Shown in pieces: positions 43,907 through 45,919 of a stretch of DNA of 45,919 bases. The DNA comes from a virus (taxonomy: Duplodnaviria; Caudoviricetes), in the IMG/VR virus record IMGVR_UViG_3300016667_000193, positions 1 to 45,919 of that record; one strand, written 5' to 3'. Both the position numbers and the translations under genes were made by a program. The notes beneath the pieces were generated by a model. It did no database searches. It was not told the DNA's origin and was given only the letters and a program-made list of their open reading frames with translations. Each line of letters opens with the position of its first letter. Position 1 is the stretch's first letter.

Positions 43907-45295
43907 ATGGCACTCGAAATCAACTACACGCCGCCGCCCACGGGCCGACGCTTCATGGAGAGCAACGCCAAGATGCGTGCTCTGATGGGTCCGGTCGGGT
44001 CGGGTAAGTCCGTGACTTGCTGCTTCGAGATCGTGCGCCGTGCGTCGATGCAGGAGCCGGATGAGACAGGCAAGCGCCGCACCCGTGCGGCTGTGGTCCG
44101 TGAGACTGCCCGTCAGCTCGAAGATACGACGATCAAAACCTTCCTTGACTGGTTCCCACCGGGGCAGTGCGGGACGTGGCTGCGGACCAAGAAGACCTAT
44201 TTCTTCAAGGTCGGTGATGTTGAGTGCGAGATTATGTTCCGCGCGCTGGACGACGCGGACGACGTGGCCAACCTGAACTCGCTCGAATTGACCTTCGCAT
44301 GGTTCAACGAGTGCCGGGATATCCACCCTGATATCGTGGACGCCATGTCCAAACGTGTCGGTCGTTTTCCGTCGGCCAAGGACGGTGGTCCGACATGGCA
44401 TGGGATGTGGGGTGATACCAACCCACCCGTTATGGATAGTTGGTGGTATTACATGATGGAGAAACTCGATCCCAAGGATGGGGTCTCCCCCAACGACAAT
44501 GGCTGGGATGTATTCAAGCAACCGTCGGGTCGCAGCCCCTACGCTGAGAATATCGAGAACCTGCCGGAAGGGTACTACGACACGCAGGGTCGGTCGGAAG
44601 AGTACATCCGGGTTTTCATCGACGGCGACTACGGCCTCAGCTCCGCAGGCCAGCCGGTGTATAAGTACTTCCGGCCTGATTACCACATGGGCAAGCAGCC
44701 GCTCCGGCCCATCGTCAACGGGATGCGGCCAGTCATTATCGGGATGGACTTGGGTCTGACACCTGCGGCTGTCATCGGTCAGCAGGACCCGCGAGGGCGG
44801 GCGCTCATCCTCGGTGAGGCAGTCAGCTTCGACATGGGCATCCAGCGGTTCATACGGACCGTACTCAAACCGATGCTCTACGAGCGGTTCAGCGGTTGCC
44901 CTGTGTTGGTCGTGACCGACCCTGCCGGTATCCAGCGGGCGCAGACCGACGAGCGCAGTGCGGTGGACATCATCCGTGCCGAAGGGATGAAGGTTATCCC
45001 GGCTAAGACCAACAGCGTCTCGGCGCGGATCAACGCGGTCGATGAGTACCTCATGCGACAGGTGGATGGGGACCCCGGCTTCCTGCTTGATCCACGGTGC
45101 ACTGCACTCAAGGCAGCCATGATGGGTGGGTACCGCTACAAACCCAAGACTGATGGGGTCATCGACAAGAACAAACACAGCCACGTTGCTGAGGCGTTGC
45201 AGTATCTGTGTCTCCACCTGCACAGCGGAGGTGAGGCTGGGAACTTACCACTGCGGCGAGAAGTCAAACGGGTTGCATCCGCAGGTTGGACCTGA
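43907..45295 (+). CDS. terL: Terminase large subunit
   Basis: MGPVGSGKS Walker A; WFNE Walker B; DTNPP; GMDLGLTPAA RNase H-like nuclease motif; SHVAEALQY. Confidence 0.95.
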   Translation: MALEINYTPPPTGRRFMESNAKMRALMGPVGSGKSVTCCFEIVRRASMQEPDETGKRRTRAAVVRETARQLEDTTIKTFLDWFPPGQCGTWLRTKKTYFFKVGDVECEIMFRALDDADDVANLNSLELTFAWFNECRDIHPDIVDAMSKRVGRFPSAKDGGPTWHGMWGDTNPPVMDSWWYYMMEKLDPKDGVSPNDNGWDVFKQPSGRSPYAENIENLPEGYYDTQGRSEEYIRVFIDGDYGLSSAGQPVYKYFRPDYHMGKQPLRPIVNGMRPVIIGMDLGLTPAAVIGQQDPRGRALILGEAVSFDMGIQRFIRTVLKPMLYERFSGCPVLVVTDPAGIQRAQTDERSAVDIIRAEGMKVIPAKTNSVSARINAVDEYLMRQVDGDPGFLLDPRCTALKAAMMGGYRYKPKTDGVIDKNKHSHVAEALQYLCLHLHSGGEAGNLPLRREVKRVASAGWT

Positions 45296-45339
45296 TATAT
45301 CCACAGCGTTGGTCAGTCACGCCAGCATACTCCCCACTG

Positions 45340-45384
45340 GCCCCCGTCGAGCGCGTGCACCCGCAGCTCCGGGGGCTTCTTTTT
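45340..45384 (+). terminator. Probable intrinsic terminator after terL
   Basis: gcccccg...cgggggc interrupted stem followed by ttcttttt. Confidence 0.65.
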
Positions 45385-45389
45385 GGCTA

Positions 45390-45418
45390 TTGCACCTGTA
45401 AATATACCATGCTAGGTT
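45390..45418 (+). promoter_or_regulatory. Putative promoter for the downstream structural genes
   Basis: TTGCAC, 17 bp, TAGGTT with an extended -10 TG. Confidence 0.5.
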
Positions 45419-45445
45419 AGGGCGTGAGTAACTAGGGATATCCGT

Positions 45446-45805
45446 ATGCCCACTATCAACCCGAAACTCGATATGACTGTTAGTGGTGTACCTCGCGTCA
45501 TCTGGGAAGGCGCTGCTACCGGCGACACCCTGACACCCTTTGTGCTTCAGCAGCAGTACGGTCTTGCCGGGTCCCTTCAGGCTGTCGGCACCTTCGGTGG
45601 TGCGACCATCGGGCTTCAGGTAAGCAACGACGGGACCAACTGGGCGACTGCCAAAGACCTCGGTGGCAACAACGTCACGACGACCACAGCCGCTGGGTAT
45701 TTCGAGATATCGCTGTCTGGGGCTTATATCCGCCCGACAATCACCGGAGGCTCAGGAAACGATATCGATATTATCGTCGTACTCCGTGGGTCCCATGCCC
45801 TTTGA
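45446..45805 (+). CDS. Small beta-rich virion (decoration-like) protein
   Basis: GTFGGATIGLQVSNDGTNW...YIRP motif. Confidence 0.65.
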   Translation: MPTINPKLDMTVSGVPRVIWEGAATGDTLTPFVLQQQYGLAGSLQAVGTFGGATIGLQVSNDGTNWATAKDLGGNNVTTTTAAGYFEISLSGAYIRPTITGGSGNDIDIIVVLRGSHAL

Positions 45806-45919
45806 TCTCGCTTTACTTCGCAGACGGCGGGCTGTTGGTAACTTCCCTACGGCCTCATTTAATTTTCTATCCGGCGTCCTCGACAGCCGCATCACCTTCT
45901 CGCGCGGCACGAACGCCAC
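45795..45919 (+). CDS. 5' end of a fibre/head-spike-like protein (truncated by the window edge)
   Basis: MPFDLALLRRRRAVGNFPTASFNFLSGVLDSRITFSRGTNA..; LDSRITFSR motif. Confidence 0.55.
   Translation, partial: MPFDLALLRRRRAVGNFPTASFNFLSGVLDSRITFSRGTNA

Larger units (their letters stand above)
1..45919. mobile_element. Partial tailed bacteriophage genome (podovirus-like layout); portal and capsid genes lie outside the window
   Basis: Terminase, lysis cassette, tail nozzle and ejection proteins, PolA, primase and helicase; dense coupled genes in two opposing transcription blocks; no host housekeeping genes. Confidence 0.97.

Noticed and set aside
1-45919. Alternative genetic code or stop-codon reassignment
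   Set aside because: Known genes are full length and tightly coupled under the standard code; the only tRNA is not a suppressor

Overview
The window is most of a tailed-phage genome with a podovirus-like layout and a moderately GC-rich background. The host is probably an alphaproteobacterium, but this is inferred and not shown. On the + strand (1-22226) is a late module: fibre/collar protein, a cluster of tiny basic proteins, head-tail adaptors, a beta-helix tailspike, a lysis cassette interrupted by an inverted HNH gene, the tail nozzle and ejection proteins including a 2212-aa polyvalent protein. On the - strand (22227-41577) is an early/replication module: primase-DUF927, HTH protein, SSB-like protein, SNF2 helicase, VRR-NUC, PD-(D/E)XK nuclease, dCTP deaminase, PolA, Lar, EndoVII-like gene, DUF6378, Nmad5-like protein, a vWA-metallopeptidase/DUF3150-like/MoxR AAA triad and many small ORFs. 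An AT-rich, repeat-dense divergent control region spans 41580-42360. It is followed on + by a monocistronic orphan gene, tRNA-Thr(UGU), terminase small/large subunits and the start of more structural genes. Portal, major capsid and integrase genes are not visible in the window. The main unexplained signals are: (1) a 13-aa peptide, LSSSGTGYGSFRN, shared by two unrelated small late proteins with only synonymous DNA differences; (2) genes bounded by exact 16-17 bp direct repeats of stop/RBS/start junctions; (3) an array of TGTAA(G/A)GTT boxes with two consensus IHF sites; (4) a self-promoted antisense HNH gene inside the lysis cassette. All family calls come from motif recognition by eye, not from database searches.
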